A stretch of DNA of 49,503 nucleotides from IMG/VR virus record IMGVR_UViG_3300006100_000010; one strand, written 5' to 3'. Below, in pieces: positions 34,669 to 44,987 of the stretch. A program made the translations under genes and the position numbers. The notes under the pieces were generated by a model. That model was not told the DNA's origin and searched no databases. It saw only the letters and a list, made by a program, of their open reading frames with translations. Each line of letters opens with the position of its first letter. Position 1 is the stretch's first letter. This DNA is from a virus. Its lineage: Duplodnaviria > Heunggongvirae > Uroviricota > Caudoviricetes.

Positions 34669-36489
34669 TTAAAAATCGCAGTCTACCGAATATTTTAAAG
34701 GTCCATCAACTGTATCGATTGTCCAATCCGCAGTAGATCCTGTGCTTAACTTATATATGCCGTAGACGCCTAGACCTGCTGCTACTACAGGGAAAGGCAC
34801 AACATATGCCGCTGCATATGCTGCAAGAGCGCCCTTTGCAATGCTCTCTAATTTATCTGCAGTAAACTCCTTTAGTATTTTCTTACGAATTACTGCATCC
34901 GCTGCAAGCAATAACGCTTTGTTTGGATCATTAGGCTTCATCTTATCAATGTATTGAGCCTTTATTGTCTTAACAAACCAATTATTATAAAGTCTTTCTC
35001 CTTTAACTTCATCATCATTAATAACACCTTTTGCAGGCTTCCAAAATGCCTCGTCTGAAAACTTATTTTGGATTGCTTCGCTTGCATCTATTGCAAGTTG
35101 GTCATCCTCTTTTGTGCGGGTAAATTTACCAGTAGTCGATGTAGATTGTGCTGTACCTGCAGAAGACTGAGTCGATGATTTTGCAGAAGTAGAGGTAGCA
35201 GAATATGATTTTGCAGTTGACGTAAATGCGTTTGAATCAAATGATTCAAAAATGCGCATGTTAAGATTAAGATAACTCTCATCTATCTTTTCAGTCTGTA
35301 GCTTATTAACGAGTTCAGAAGTGATAGTAGTGCCAGTCTTATCAGCTAGACCGAACCCTGATTTAAGGGCTGCGATCATCTTTTCAGTAGTCGGCCCGTA
35401 CACTCCATCTGCTCCGTATTTTGCAAATGCGACGTATAGGTCAGAACCTGCTAATTTTTTGCTAAATTTGTCGATTATTAGCTGTTGAATCTTTTTTAGT
35501 GTTTCATCCCCCTGTGGTACATTTGCTTTCTTAAGTCCACCTTCTGGAAGCTTAATGTCTCCAGTAGCTGCAGATGTTCCGCCTACTGCCTTTAAGAATA
35601 GATCAGTGTTGAAGTCGGCAGGTAGAGGTGCAGTCTCCTGTTCGTAGAGACGGCTCTCGTTTTTAGCAACTGCAGGACTTTCTGCCGCTTTTGCTGGAGT
35701 GCCTAACGTAAGCATTTTATCAACTACATTCTGGTCAATCGACTCAACCGGATCGCCATATTCGTCTTTGATGCTGAATCCGGCAATAATTCCTTTGACG
35801 AAATTCGCAGAAGCGTCGCCAAGAGTTCCAGCTTTAAGTTCAGCCTTTACTTTTGCAAATATCGGATTTGAGCTCAGTTTAGGGTCTTTCAATAGTGCAA
35901 AATACGCCTTCTTGATTGGAGAAAATGCAGGATCCTTTGAAGTCACTTTAGCAATATTATTTAGAGCGATTGGAGTAGTGATTTTTACTGGAGCTTGCGA
36001 TACGCTTGCTTTTCCAGTAGCCGATGCATTTGCGGTAGATACAGTTTGAGTAAGGATGCTCGCTTTTGCTGAATCTGTCACTAGGCTCTTAACTTCTTCC
36101 TGGGTAATAATTGTACGATCTGCAGGTAGGCCTGGGGCTTCTGATCTTGGCGATATGGTGAACGTTATTAGCTGCTTGTTCGCGTTATCCTTGTCGACAT
36201 GGTATATCACAAAGTTATTCTTAAGATCCCCTAGACCAGGATAGTATGGAAGCCACTTTGGCTGATTTTTTATCCAAGTAAGTATGCTGTTCCACCCGTT
36301 TTGAGTGATTTTACCAGTTGCCTCATCGATTACTCTAAGATCGTGAACTATCTTGATTTTAAAGCTTTTTTCGTCAACTGGAATACCTACGACCTTTTGA
36401 CCGAATCCTGCAGTCTGTTTTGTTCTGCCTGGAAATTCAGCTTCGTTTAATACTTTCCATTTTGAAAAGTCCGATACTATGTGATTCAT
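34669..36489 (-). CDS. Late protein with a PG-binding-like motif
   Basis: 606 aa; LKKIQQLI...ADGVYGPTT; leader FSKWKVLNE; GATAAATA upstream. Confidence 0.62.
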   Translation of the reverse strand: MNHIVSDFSKWKVLNEAEFPGRTKQTAGFGQKVVGIPVDEKSFKIKIVHDLRVIDEATGKITQNGWNSILTWIKNQPKWLPYYPGLGDLKNNFVIYHVDKDNANKQLITFTISPRSEAPGLPADRTIITQEEVKSLVTDSAKASILTQTVSTANASATGKASVSQAPVKITTPIALNNIAKVTSKDPAFSPIKKAYFALLKDPKLSSNPIFAKVKAELKAGTLGDASANFVKGIIAGFSIKDEYGDPVESIDQNVVDKMLTLGTPAKAAESPAVAKNESRLYEQETAPLPADFNTDLFLKAVGGTSAATGDIKLPEGGLKKANVPQGDETLKKIQQLIIDKFSKKLAGSDLYVAFAKYGADGVYGPTTEKMIAALKSGFGLADKTGTTITSELVNKLQTEKIDESYLNLNMRIFESFDSNAFTSTAKSYSATSTSAKSSTQSSAGTAQSTSTTGKFTRTKEDDQLAIDASEAIQNKFSDEAFWKPAKGVINDDEVKGERLYNNWFVKTIKAQYIDKMKPNDPNKALLLAADAVIRKKILKEFTADKLESIAKGALAAYAAAYVVPFPVVAAGLGVYGIYKLSTGSTADWTIDTVDGPLKYSVDCDF

Positions 36490-36571
36490 TATTCGAAATT
36501 CTTTTTTTTATTTATCTTTAATGTAGGGCCCAATTGTAGTACTTTAATTATACACCATTAAACTTAAAATC

Positions 36572-37144
36572 ATGAAAAAGTTAATTGCAATAGCATTCTT
36601 TGCGGTAACTATAACAGTTCATGCACAAACAAAGCTTGATACTCTAATATTCAATAAAGTAAATGAATATCGCGCTGAAAATTGCTTGTCTTCACTAAAA
36701 TGGTCAGAATCAGCTACTTGTGTTGCACAAAACCAGGTAGAATATTGCTATCGTATAAAATATATTTTTCACTATCAGACGGATAGCTCAGTAAACGATT
36801 CAAGTTTTAAAATTGAACCAAACTTTCAAAAAAGATTCAAGCAGGGAGGAGTTAACATATCCGGTAAAACCTGGACGATTGCTGAGAATCTTTTAGTATA
36901 TGTAGATACTACTGATAATTATACTGAAAGTCTTGAGAAAGTTGCAAATGAGACTATTTCTGGATGGAAAGAGTCGCCTGAACACAATGCAATGATGCTG
37001 AGAATCGACCTTGAATATGCAGCAGTCGCTCACACGATCGGCAAAGAATTCGTAAAACGTTGGTTTGATCCAATAATGTTTGAAGACTACGAAACAATAT
37101 TTCAAGGAAAAGCTTATTATATTGCGTTAGACGCGTATAGATGA
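36572..37144 (+). CDS. Secreted CAP (SCP-like) domain protein, copy 1
   Basis: Signal peptide MKKLIAIAFFAVT; VNEYRA, AENL, WKESPEHNAMML. Confidence 0.82.
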   Translation: MKKLIAIAFFAVTITVHAQTKLDTLIFNKVNEYRAENCLSSLKWSESATCVAQNQVEYCYRIKYIFHYQTDSSVNDSSFKIEPNFQKRFKQGGVNISGKTWTIAENLLVYVDTTDNYTESLEKVANETISGWKESPEHNAMMLRIDLEYAAVAHTIGKEFVKRWFDPIMFEDYETIFQGKAYYIALDAYR

Positions 37145-37729
37145 TTAAGGTATCTTTTGAGTATCAACTCCAGTATTTATGTCAGTCTGAGTATTGACCA
37201 CTGCTGCCTTAACTTTAGGTTCACTTGAATTTCCAACTTCACGTAAAGAGCCAACTGTCTTATTTAGATCTTCTGGATGCGCCTTCATTTTATCAATTCC
37301 ATAGTCAATCAATGCGTGAGAAGTATGAATTCCAAATACTCCATCGTTAAACGCTCTGGTTTTACCGATACGAGTAGTATATGTCTTGTATTTGGTGTCA
37401 CTCATTAAAAACTCTTGAAACTTCTTGATGTCAGGATTTCCATCTTTTCCCTTTTGATTATATCCCTTGTTTGTAAAGAATTGAATTGCCGAATTAAGTT
37501 GATCATTTGTTAATTTGGAAAGTGCATCAATATATTGGGCGACAGTCATTTTAGAAACAGCAGCTGATCCTCCAAGTAAAGTAGGCAAAAACTCAGAATT
37601 AAACATCATCAGAAAGTTCGCTATTTCTGGATCAAGAGATGGCGCTTTTACTGGAAGGGGTGTAATTGTTTGTTTAGGCTTAGCCTTTTGTTCATTTATT
37701 GCCTTCCATCTTGAGAAATTTAAAATCAT
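37145..37729 (-). CDS. Late protein with PG-binding-like motif, paralogue of 38366-38908
   Basis: MILNFSRWKAINE; IKKFQEFL...DGVFG. Confidence 0.6.
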   Translation of the reverse strand: MILNFSRWKAINEQKAKPKQTITPLPVKAPSLDPEIANFLMMFNSEFLPTLLGGSAAVSKMTVAQYIDALSKLTNDQLNSAIQFFTNKGYNQKGKDGNPDIKKFQEFLMSDTKYKTYTTRIGKTRAFNDGVFGIHTSHALIDYGIDKMKAHPEDLNKTVGSLREVGNSSEPKVKAAVVNTQTDINTGVDTQKIP

Positions 37730-37805
37730 CGTGAAACTTTTTATTATTTATTTAATAAGTAACGATATTGTAGTATTTTAATTATACACCATTAAACCTA
37801 AAATC

Positions 37806-38369
37806 ATGAAAAAGTTAATTGCAATAGCATTCTTTGCGGTAACTATCTCAGCAAACGCACAGACTCACCTTGACACTTTGATCTTCAATAAAGTCAATGA
37901 GTATCGCGCTAAAAAAGGAATAAAGCCGCTTTTCTGGAGTGATCAAGGCTATCGAGTAGCAAAAAACCAAGCACAATATATAAAGCTGCTTAAAGCAGTA
38001 ATCCACGATCAAATAGATAGTGTAAGTCCGACTTTTAAATTGGAACCAAATTTTGTTAAGCGTTTTTCAAGACAGGGAATTTGCGTAACTGATACTAACT
38101 CATACGAAGCTGAAAATCTTGTAGCGGTCGGAGACACTGTTGCCTTTGTGAGCGATGAGGAAGTCGCAAACCGTGCGATTAACTCTTGGAAGAATTCACC
38201 GGCACATAATTCAATGATGCTTATGAAAGAAGTAACGTTCGCTGGTGTTGCGAACGTTATTGGAAGTGAATTATATGATGTCGCTGGAATAGATCCGGCA
38301 ACTTTGGAAGAAACAATTATTCAAGTAAAAGGATATGTTTACTTTATTGCGCTAGACGCTCACAATTAA
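37806..38369 (+). CDS. Secreted CAP (SCP-like) domain protein, copy 2
   Basis: Same signal peptide; AENL, WKNSPAHNSMML. Confidence 0.82.
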   Translation: MKKLIAIAFFAVTISANAQTHLDTLIFNKVNEYRAKKGIKPLFWSDQGYRVAKNQAQYIKLLKAVIHDQIDSVSPTFKLEPNFVKRFSRQGICVTDTNSYEAENLVAVGDTVAFVSDEEVANRAINSWKNSPAHNSMMLMKEVTFAGVANVIGSELYDVAGIDPATLEETIIQVKGYVYFIALDAHN

Positions 38370-38908
38370 GGAACATATTGAGTTCCGGTTCCAGTCTTAA
38401 CATCAGAAGGAGTAGCGACCTTTGCCGCTGGCACGTTTTGACCTGGTTCTTGATGAATTTGCGCAGCAGTTGCAGTAGTAGCTCCTACCGTCTTATTTTG
38501 GTCTGATGCGTGACTGTATTTTATTATTCTATACTGAACTAACGCATTTGCAGTAGCTCTACCGAGTTTACCATCATCGAATTTTTCAGTCTTATCTTCA
38601 GCAGTAGTGAAAGTTTTAATTTCAGTCTTTGACATAAGGTATTGCTGAAGCTTAGTGATTGCTTCATTTGGCTGTTTATATCCTTTATCTGTAAAGAACT
38701 GTATTGCTCCGTTAAACGAATCGAGAGTTAGAGTTTTTAGCTTTGCAATATAGTCAGCAATTGTCATATTTGTTGGATCTCCAGTAAGAGTCGGAAGATA
38801 TTCAGTATTAAATATCTCAAATACCTTTTTTGCTTCTGGATCCATTGCTGAAACTTCATGGGTAACTTGCTCGTGTAAAGCGCTCCATTTCTTAAAATTT
38901 AAAATCAT
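38366..38908 (-). CDS. Late protein with PG-binding-like motif, paralogue of 37145-37729
   Basis: MILNFKKWSALHE; ITKLQQYL...DGKLGRAT. Confidence 0.6.
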   Translation of the reverse strand: MILNFKKWSALHEQVTHEVSAMDPEAKKVFEIFNTEYLPTLTGDPTNMTIADYIAKLKTLTLDSFNGAIQFFTDKGYKQPNEAITKLQQYLMSKTEIKTFTTAEDKTEKFDDGKLGRATANALVQYRIIKYSHASDQNKTVGATTATAAQIHQEPGQNVPAAKVATPSDVKTGTGTQYVP

Positions 38909-38939
38909 TTCTGAAAGTTTTTTATTATTTATCTAGTGA

Positions 38940-39659
38940 TTAAGGCAAACGCTCAAATATCTTATCAGCAAAGCCTAAATCTATCGTTTCTTCAGGCGAA
39001 AGTATTGTGTCATAATTTAAAAGATTGGCCAAATGCAGGCGAAGCTGTTCCCTTTTTTCCTCTGCTTTTTCTGAGAAAGTTATCTTTGCCTCTGGTAGTA
39101 TTGACTTTATCTCAAAGGTCTTTTGTTTGGCCAGGATCCTCGATATTGCACCTGCAAGGTGACCGCCCCCTTCCTTTTCCTCTTTCTCAAGCATTGAATC
39201 AAGATAGATGTTCTCCATGATCCAGTTGTTTCTCTTGGACTCGTCTGCCCACTTTTCAAAGATCTTGGTGTGTCCAGCGATACCGTCAGTGCCGTAGTGT
39301 ATCATGAATCTTGAATTGGGCATCATTATTCTCTCATCTGCCGCCTGCAGTATTACGCTACCCATGCTCATGGCATAGCCGTAGACTTTTATGGTGATGT
39401 GACAGTTTGAATATTTAATAGCGTCGTAGATCGCCATTCCGTGGTACCAGTCACCTCCTGGATTATTCATTATGACGGTTATAGGTTTCTTATTCTTGGA
39501 TTCAAGGACGTGCATGCCTTTGATGAAACACTCAGTCATGTTGTGATCGACTCCGCCTTCGCTTCCGTCTTCGTGAGTGTGCATGCTTCCCATGTAAATC
39601 ATTCTCGATTGGAGATCGAGGTTTAATGAAAACCATTTTTCTACGTCTCTAACAATCAT
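38940..39659 (-). CDS. clpP: ClpP-like protease subunit
   Basis: MNNPGG, YAMSMGS (catalytic Ser), RFMIH (catalytic His). Confidence 0.85.
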   Translation of the reverse strand: MIVRDVEKWFSLNLDLQSRMIYMGSMHTHEDGSEGGVDHNMTECFIKGMHVLESKNKKPITVIMNNPGGDWYHGMAIYDAIKYSNCHITIKVYGYAMSMGSVILQAADERIMMPNSRFMIHYGTDGIAGHTKIFEKWADESKRNNWIMENIYLDSMLEKEEKEGGGHLAGAISRILAKQKTFEIKSILPEAKITFSEKAEEKREQLRLHLANLLNYDTILSPEETIDLGFADKIFERLP

Positions 39660-39750
39660 TGAAATGAATTTATTTGAAGTGCTCTATACTATATTATTTA
39701 TTTCAAATCGATTTTAAAAATTGCTTCTATTTTGAGTATTAGTTTCAAAC

Positions 39751-40629
39751 ATGATGAAACACATACAAATATCAGCTGACCGAAAACTAAATAAGCTGAA
39801 GGGTACTAACACCTATTTTAATGAGATTGACCGAATCAAGAGATTAACTATCGACCAGGAAGTTGACCTGGCAACCAGAGCAAAAGCCGGCGACAAGGCC
39901 GCGATGGACAAGCTGATCGAGGCAAACCTCAAGTTCGTGGTGTCAGTAGCAAAAAATTACACATCAGATCCAGTCCTAGTGCAGGAGCTCATTGCCCAAG
40001 GCAATATCGGAATTATCCGTGCAGCGCAAAAATTTGATCCTACTCGCGGATTCAAGTTCATAACGTATGCAGTTTTCTGGATTCGTAACGAGATTCTTGA
40101 ATACTACCTAAAGTACAATAGAGTGGTTCACCTGCCGTTGCACGTCGAAAACGACCTTAGAAAGGTAAAAAGGGTGCAGGCAAAGCTTGAACAAAAGTTT
40201 GATCGAACCCCTACCTTAAACGAAATCGAAGATGAGCTAATCAAAATAGGAGAGCCGATTGATCTGGACAAGCTTAGACTCATACTTGAAGTAAAGGATC
40301 ATGCCGTGCCCCTAGTGACTGACGACCCTGAGTCATACGATCCAATCGAGTGGATAGAGGTCAAGTCAGAGACTGAAGTGACGATGCAACAGCTTGAATT
40401 TAGGGAAAAGATCGACGAGATACTTGAGGTACTCAGCCCAGACGAGAGGTCAATTGTGAGAAAGAGGCATGGATTTGACGGGTACGGCCCAATGGAATTT
40501 GAAGCGATTGGGATCCAGCACGGAAAAGGCACAGGTTGGGCAAGTCAGAGATATGCGATAGCGATGCGAAAAATGAGGGCTAAGCTCCACTTGATAAATT
40601 CATCAGAAGAGATCACTTTTTCTCTATAA
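39751..40629 (+). CDS. RNA polymerase sigma70-family factor (RpoD/RpoH-like)
   Basis: Region 2 LIEANLKFVVSVAKNY, QGNIG, KFDPTRGFKFITYAVFWIR; region 4 LSPDERSIV..RHG. Confidence 0.92.
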   Translation: MMKHIQISADRKLNKLKGTNTYFNEIDRIKRLTIDQEVDLATRAKAGDKAAMDKLIEANLKFVVSVAKNYTSDPVLVQELIAQGNIGIIRAAQKFDPTRGFKFITYAVFWIRNEILEYYLKYNRVVHLPLHVENDLRKVKRVQAKLEQKFDRTPTLNEIEDELIKIGEPIDLDKLRLILEVKDHAVPLVTDDPESYDPIEWIEVKSETEVTMQQLEFREKIDEILEVLSPDERSIVRKRHGFDGYGPMEFEAIGIQHGKGTGWASQRYAIAMRKMRAKLHLINSSEEITFSL

Positions 40630-41206
40630 GGTAATCTTCAAACTTTGAGCTTTTTGGCTTGGTGTTAGTAAAGTAGTATTTCTCCTCGTGCTCTGCATAG
40701 TGTAGAGTCTTCCAAAAACCAGTAGGGATCCTGGCCCCGCTTTGCACCTTCTTTGCTGGGCCGCTAAAATCAACATCGATCCTGACCATCACTGGGTACT
40801 GTTGAGCAAGCTTACGCTCGTGATCCTCAAGAAACCTCCACGTTCCACGATTTAAGTTCTCCTGCTGTAGCGCGCAGTTCGCATAGGAAAAGGTCGCAAT
40901 GAGAGCTAGCGAGTCGCAGTCAAAGTCTGCAGCTGGCGCCATGTGTCCCTTGTCCCACTCGTTATCCGCATAGTCTTTATTGCCAGTAGTTATGAGCCCG
41001 GGCTCAGGTTTAAAATCAAGCCCCTTGCGTGAGTATTTGGATTCGGTGCATAACACTTCATACTCTACCCAAACAGGCTCCCTAAATTCCTCTGAGTAAC
41101 CGACCGTGTAGTGCGGTTTCTGGACTATCTTTATTTTAGTAGAGGGTTGGGTTGCAGCCACTGTAAAAACAAAGAGGGTAAGCAATAGGACTCTTAACTT
41201 AAGCAT
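40613..41206 (-). CDS. DNA/RNA non-specific endonuclease (NucA/EndoG family) with signal peptide
   Basis: WDKGHMAPAA, NCALQ...LNRGTW..LE, IPTGFWK. Confidence 0.88.
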   Translation of the reverse strand: MLKLRVLLLTLFVFTVAATQPSTKIKIVQKPHYTVGYSEEFREPVWVEYEVLCTESKYSRKGLDFKPEPGLITTGNKDYADNEWDKGHMAPAADFDCDSLALIATFSYANCALQQENLNRGTWRFLEDHERKLAQQYPVMVRIDVDFSGPAKKVQSGARIPTGFWKTLHYAEHEEKYYFTNTKPKSSKFEDYLIEKK

Positions 41207-41226
41207 GGGATAAGATTCTTTTTATT

Positions 41227-42033
41227 TTAGAGATCCCAGTCAGTGCTTGCAGCTACTGTGAGGTATTGTGTTCCGTCAAACTTGATGCTACCGCCTGCAC
41301 CACCGAACGGGTCGTCTGCATCCCATACTGCAGAGTTCACATTAGTGACCGTTCTTGCATGGGAACTGGAATCAGTAAGCAAGTGACCGGAATCCGTCGC
41401 AAGGAGCAGCAGCTTGGTTTCAGGCAGGGCAGTTAGCGGTGCAGTAGGTGTAGTAAAAGGTTCAGTGTAGATACATTTTGCAGTCCATCTAAAGTTAGTG
41501 ATCTTTCCGTCTACTAGACTATCGAGGCCTCCGTCTTTTGGTTCTGCGCCAATGTATAAGGTATTACCACCGCTTGGTATCGCGTCATTATAGGTCGCGT
41601 CAGATCCAATCTGTGAACCATTAACGTAGAGTCGTAGTAGTCCGTTATTACGAGTCGCTGCTATGTGGTACCAGTTAGTTGTATTAAAGCTGACTGTTCC
41701 ATCGACCCGATTGGTTTCATTAGACCACCAGTATGCGTGGTGTCCGCCGTTCTCTATGCTGATCGCGTTAGGCGCTGGGTAAGTTCCTAGCGAGTAAGGA
41801 CGTGGGTGTGATGTAGGGTTGCTCCAACTTGCGGCCTTGATAAAAAATTCAATAGTAAAGTCGACTCCGGCAACGTGTGGTGGAGTCCTCTGTAGCTTGC
41901 TGCCGCCAGCTGCGCCGGGTGCCTGACCTGCTCTGGCCATTCGCACTGCCTGTTCGTATATAGCATCGAGCTCAAATCTCTGATTTATTGATCTTTGTTC
42001 GGGAGTCTGGTGTCCCCAATTGATAAATGACAT
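41227..42033 (-). CDS. LamG/concanavalin A-like domain protein
   Basis: DFTIEFFI, WYHIAATRNNG.LRLYVNG, YTEPFTTPTAPL. Confidence 0.8.
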   Translation of the reverse strand: MSFINWGHQTPEQRSINQRFELDAIYEQAVRMARAGQAPGAAGGSKLQRTPPHVAGVDFTIEFFIKAASWSNPTSHPRPYSLGTYPAPNAISIENGGHHAYWWSNETNRVDGTVSFNTTNWYHIAATRNNGLLRLYVNGSQIGSDATYNDAIPSGGNTLYIGAEPKDGGLDSLVDGKITNFRWTAKCIYTEPFTTPTAPLTALPETKLLLLATDSGHLLTDSSSHARTVTNVNSAVWDADDPFGGAGGSIKFDGTQYLTVAASTDWDL

Positions 42034-42079
42034 GATTAAAGTGTGTTTTAGTTATTTATCAATGGTGCCTAAAAATCTC

Positions 42080-42280
42080 TTAGCTCTTTAGGTATTCTAT
42101 TTTTGCTGGATCGAAGTCGACGAGTCCGTTCGGCTCGTATGGAAAGTCGCCGACTGATTTTTTAACTAGTGCGTCAACTGGGTGTGACACCTTTGGAATG
42201 GGCAGGGGACCCACTGGGACGTCCCTTTTTGGAAGGTCGTTAGTCTTTATTAGCTTTCCGGAAAATACGCCAGGCATCAT
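42080..42280 (-). CDS. Hypothetical protein
   Basis: 66 aa directly behind GATAAATA at 42286-42293. Confidence 0.5.
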   Translation of the reverse strand: MMPGVFSGKLIKTNDLPKRDVPVGPLPIPKVSHPVDALVKKSVGDFPYEPNGLVDFDPAKIEYLKS

Positions 42281-42288
42281 AGGATTAT

Positions 42289-42894
42289 TTATCGCCAGTC
42301 AAACTTGAGAAAGTCGGCAAGATTATTCGGATAGTTCGGGTGATTTAGGGCAGCGTAACTCACATAAGAGTCTGGGTCCTTTGCAAGCTGGACTAGGATC
42401 TCGCCTGGAGAGTTAGGATTCCCAGCGACCAGGAGACGTACGTCAGCCAATCGGTCCCCTGCAAGCTGGGCTAGGGTCGATTGTTCCGCGTTCTGGTGAT
42501 TGGCAACCACCAATCTTACATCAAAGTCAGCGTCCTTTGCCAGGAGGCCCAGCACCTCGCCTGGAGAGTTAGGATTCTTGGCGACCATTATTCGAACAAG
42601 GTCGGACGGATCCTCTGCAAGCTGGATTAGAGACTCGACTGGAGCGTTAGGGTTCTGAGCGACTCTTACTCGTACCTGAAGGTCAAAGTCAGTTGCCAGC
42701 ACGGCAAGGACTTTCTTTGGTGTGTTCTGGTGATTCGCGACGCCTGATCTTATATCAGGATTTGAGTCTGCTGCAAGCTCGACAAGAGTCTTCGCTGGAG
42801 TGTTAGGATTCCTCACAAGAGCATTGAGATCATCTACCGGATTCACATTTGATTCGAGCAAAAATTGGGAATATGATTTGATATGCATCTGCAT
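42289..42894 (-). CDS. LRV/HEAT-like repeat protein (7 units)
   Basis: 26-aa units VR..VA.NPNxP...L..LA.D; C-terminus HPNYPNNLADFLKFDWR. Confidence 0.85.
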   Translation of the reverse strand: MQMHIKSYSQFLLESNVNPVDDLNALVRNPNTPAKTLVELAADSNPDIRSGVANHQNTPKKVLAVLATDFDLQVRVRVAQNPNAPVESLIQLAEDPSDLVRIMVAKNPNSPGEVLGLLAKDADFDVRLVVANHQNAEQSTLAQLAGDRLADVRLLVAGNPNSPGEILVQLAKDPDSYVSYAALNHPNYPNNLADFLKFDWR

Positions 42895-42902
42895 AGAGTT
42901 AT

Positions 42903-43493
42903 TTATCGCCAGTCAAACTTAAGCCAGTCAGCTAGATTATTAGGATAGTTCGGGTGTTCTTGAGCCGCCTGGCTCACTTTAGGCTGTAAATCCTTTGCTA
43001 GCTGAAGTAGGGTCTCGATAGGCACGTTAGGATTCTGGGCGACTCCCTTTCGTACACTCCATATAGCGTCCTTTGCTAGCTGAAGTAGCGTCTCGTCTGA
43101 AGTGTTAGAGTTACTGGCAACGTGCCATCTCACATAAGAGTCTGGGTCCTGTGACAGGAGGGCAAGGGTCTCCGATGACGTGTTGGGATTTTCAGCTATA
43201 GCCACTCTCACTCTAGTGTCCTTTTCCTTTGAGAGCTGAAGTAGAGCCTCAGCTGGAGTTTTCGGGTTCCGGGCGACACATCGTCTCACTTTAATTTCAG
43301 GGTCCGCTGCAAGCTGGGCTAGAGCCTCAGCCGGAGCGTTCGGGTTCCAGACGACTTCTAGTCGTACCTCCAACTCAGGGTCCTGTGAAAGTTTCATTAG
43401 GACATCGGCTGGAGCATTAGGGTCCCTGGCTAGTGCCCGGTCCGAGTCATATTTCTCTAGTAGTAAACTTGAGTAAGGTTTAACGTACTTCAT
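42903..43493 (-). CDS. LRV/HEAT-like repeat protein (7 units)
   Basis: As above. Confidence 0.85.
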   Translation of the reverse strand: MKYVKPYSSLLLEKYDSDRALARDPNAPADVLMKLSQDPELEVRLEVVWNPNAPAEALAQLAADPEIKVRRCVARNPKTPAEALLQLSKEKDTRVRVAIAENPNTSSETLALLSQDPDSYVRWHVASNSNTSDETLLQLAKDAIWSVRKGVAQNPNVPIETLLQLAKDLQPKVSQAAQEHPNYPNNLADWLKFDWR

Positions 43494-43501
43494 AGAATTA
43501 T

Positions 43502-44212
43502 TTATCGCCAGTCGAACTTGAGAAAATCCGCTAGATTATTAGGATAGTTCGGGTGGTTTTGAGCCAAGTGTCTCACAACAGAGTCTGGGTCCTTTGCCAA
43601 CTGGAGTAGAGACTCGATAGGCGCGTTAGGGTTCCCGGAGACTGCAATTCTTATAGAACGATCTGAGTTCTGTGAAAGTTTCGCTAGGATCTCCACTGGA
43701 GTATTAGGATTCTCGGCGACCATAAAACGCACGTCACTGTCGGCATCCCGTGTAAGGTCCACTAGGGTCTCGGCCGGAGTGTTCGGGTTATTGGCTACGC
43801 CCTGTCTCACTTCATCGTCTTCATCCTCTGCAAGTTTCACTAGGGTCTCGGCCGGAGTGTTCGGGTTTTCAGCGACTCTAAATCTCACTTTATAGTCTCC
43901 ATCCTCTGCAAGTTCCACTAGGGTCTCGGAAGGGAGCTTGGGACTCTCGGCGACCTTTCTTACGACATCGGGGTCGGAGTCTCGTAAAAGTTTGACAAGG
44001 GTCCTGGGTTCAGTTGCTGGGTGCTTGGCGACCAACCAGCGAATCAAGGCCATGGGGCTGCTGGCCAGGTGGTGTAGGTCCTCGGCATCCACTCTTGGCG
44101 AATTGATAAACTCACGGATCTTGCCGAGCTCTTCGTCAGTTGGATTAGTGATATTGAACTCAAGGCGAGACTCAAGCAAAAATTGTGAATATGATTTGAC
44201 GTGTAGCTTCAT
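43502..44212 (-). CDS. LRV/HEAT-like repeat protein (about 8 units)
   Basis: As above; first units degenerate. Confidence 0.85.
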   Translation of the reverse strand: MKLHVKSYSQFLLESRLEFNITNPTDEELGKIREFINSPRVDAEDLHHLASSPMALIRWLVAKHPATEPRTLVKLLRDSDPDVVRKVAESPKLPSETLVELAEDGDYKVRFRVAENPNTPAETLVKLAEDEDDEVRQGVANNPNTPAETLVDLTRDADSDVRFMVAENPNTPVEILAKLSQNSDRSIRIAVSGNPNAPIESLLQLAKDPDSVVRHLAQNHPNYPNNLADFLKFDWR

Positions 44213-44223
44213 ATAAGATATAT

Positions 44224-44973
44224 TTATCGCCAGTCAAACTTGAGAAAGTCGGCAAGATTATTAGGATAGTTCGGGTGTTCTTGAGCCTTTTGGCTCACTT
44301 TAGGGTCCGGGTCCTCTGCCAGTTGGAGTAGGGTCTTGATGGGAGTGTTTGGGTTCCTGGCGACAACTCGTCTCAGACTAGCGTCCCCATTTGCTGCAAG
44401 CTGGACAAGGGTCTCCACTGACACGTTAGGGTGCTCGACGACTCTCCATAGCACACGGTAATCGTCGTCCTCTGCAAGTTCAGCTAGGACCTCGGCGGGA
44501 GTCTTTAGGTTATCGGCGACGTTCCGTCTTACTTCACTGTCTCTATTCCTTGCAAGGTCCATCAGGATCTCCACTGGCGTGTTAGGGTTCTCAGCGACGC
44601 CACATCTCACCAAATAGTATCTGTCCGCTGCAAGCTGGGCTAGAGTCTCCACTGGAGTGTTATGATTTCGGGCGACGTTCCGTCTTACGTCAGAGTCTGG
44701 GTCACGTGCAAGGTCAATTAGGGTCTCCACTGGAGTGTTAGGGTTCGAGGCGACCCTCCATCTCACTTCAATTTCAGGGTCCTTTGCAAGCTGGACAAGG
44801 GTCTTGATGGGAGAGTTATGATTCCTGGCGACTCCTTCTCTCACTTTAACTTTAGGGTCCTTTGCAAGCTGGACAAGGGTCTCCACTGGAGTGTTAGGAT
44901 CTTGGGCGACGTCCTCTCTTGACCGGTCTGATTGCTCTAGTAATAAGCTTGTGTAAGGCTTTACGTGCTTCAT
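44224..44973 (-). CDS. LRV/HEAT-like repeat protein (9 units)
   Basis: Likely start MKHVKPY at 44973. Confidence 0.85.
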   Translation of the reverse strand: MKHVKPYTSLLLEQSDRSREDVAQDPNTPVETLVQLAKDPKVKVREGVARNHNSPIKTLVQLAKDPEIEVRWRVASNPNTPVETLIDLARDPDSDVRRNVARNHNTPVETLAQLAADRYYLVRCGVAENPNTPVEILMDLARNRDSEVRRNVADNLKTPAEVLAELAEDDDYRVLWRVVEHPNVSVETLVQLAANGDASLRRVVARNPNTPIKTLLQLAEDPDPKVSQKAQEHPNYPNNLADFLKFDWR

Positions 44974-44987
44974 ATAAGATATATTTA

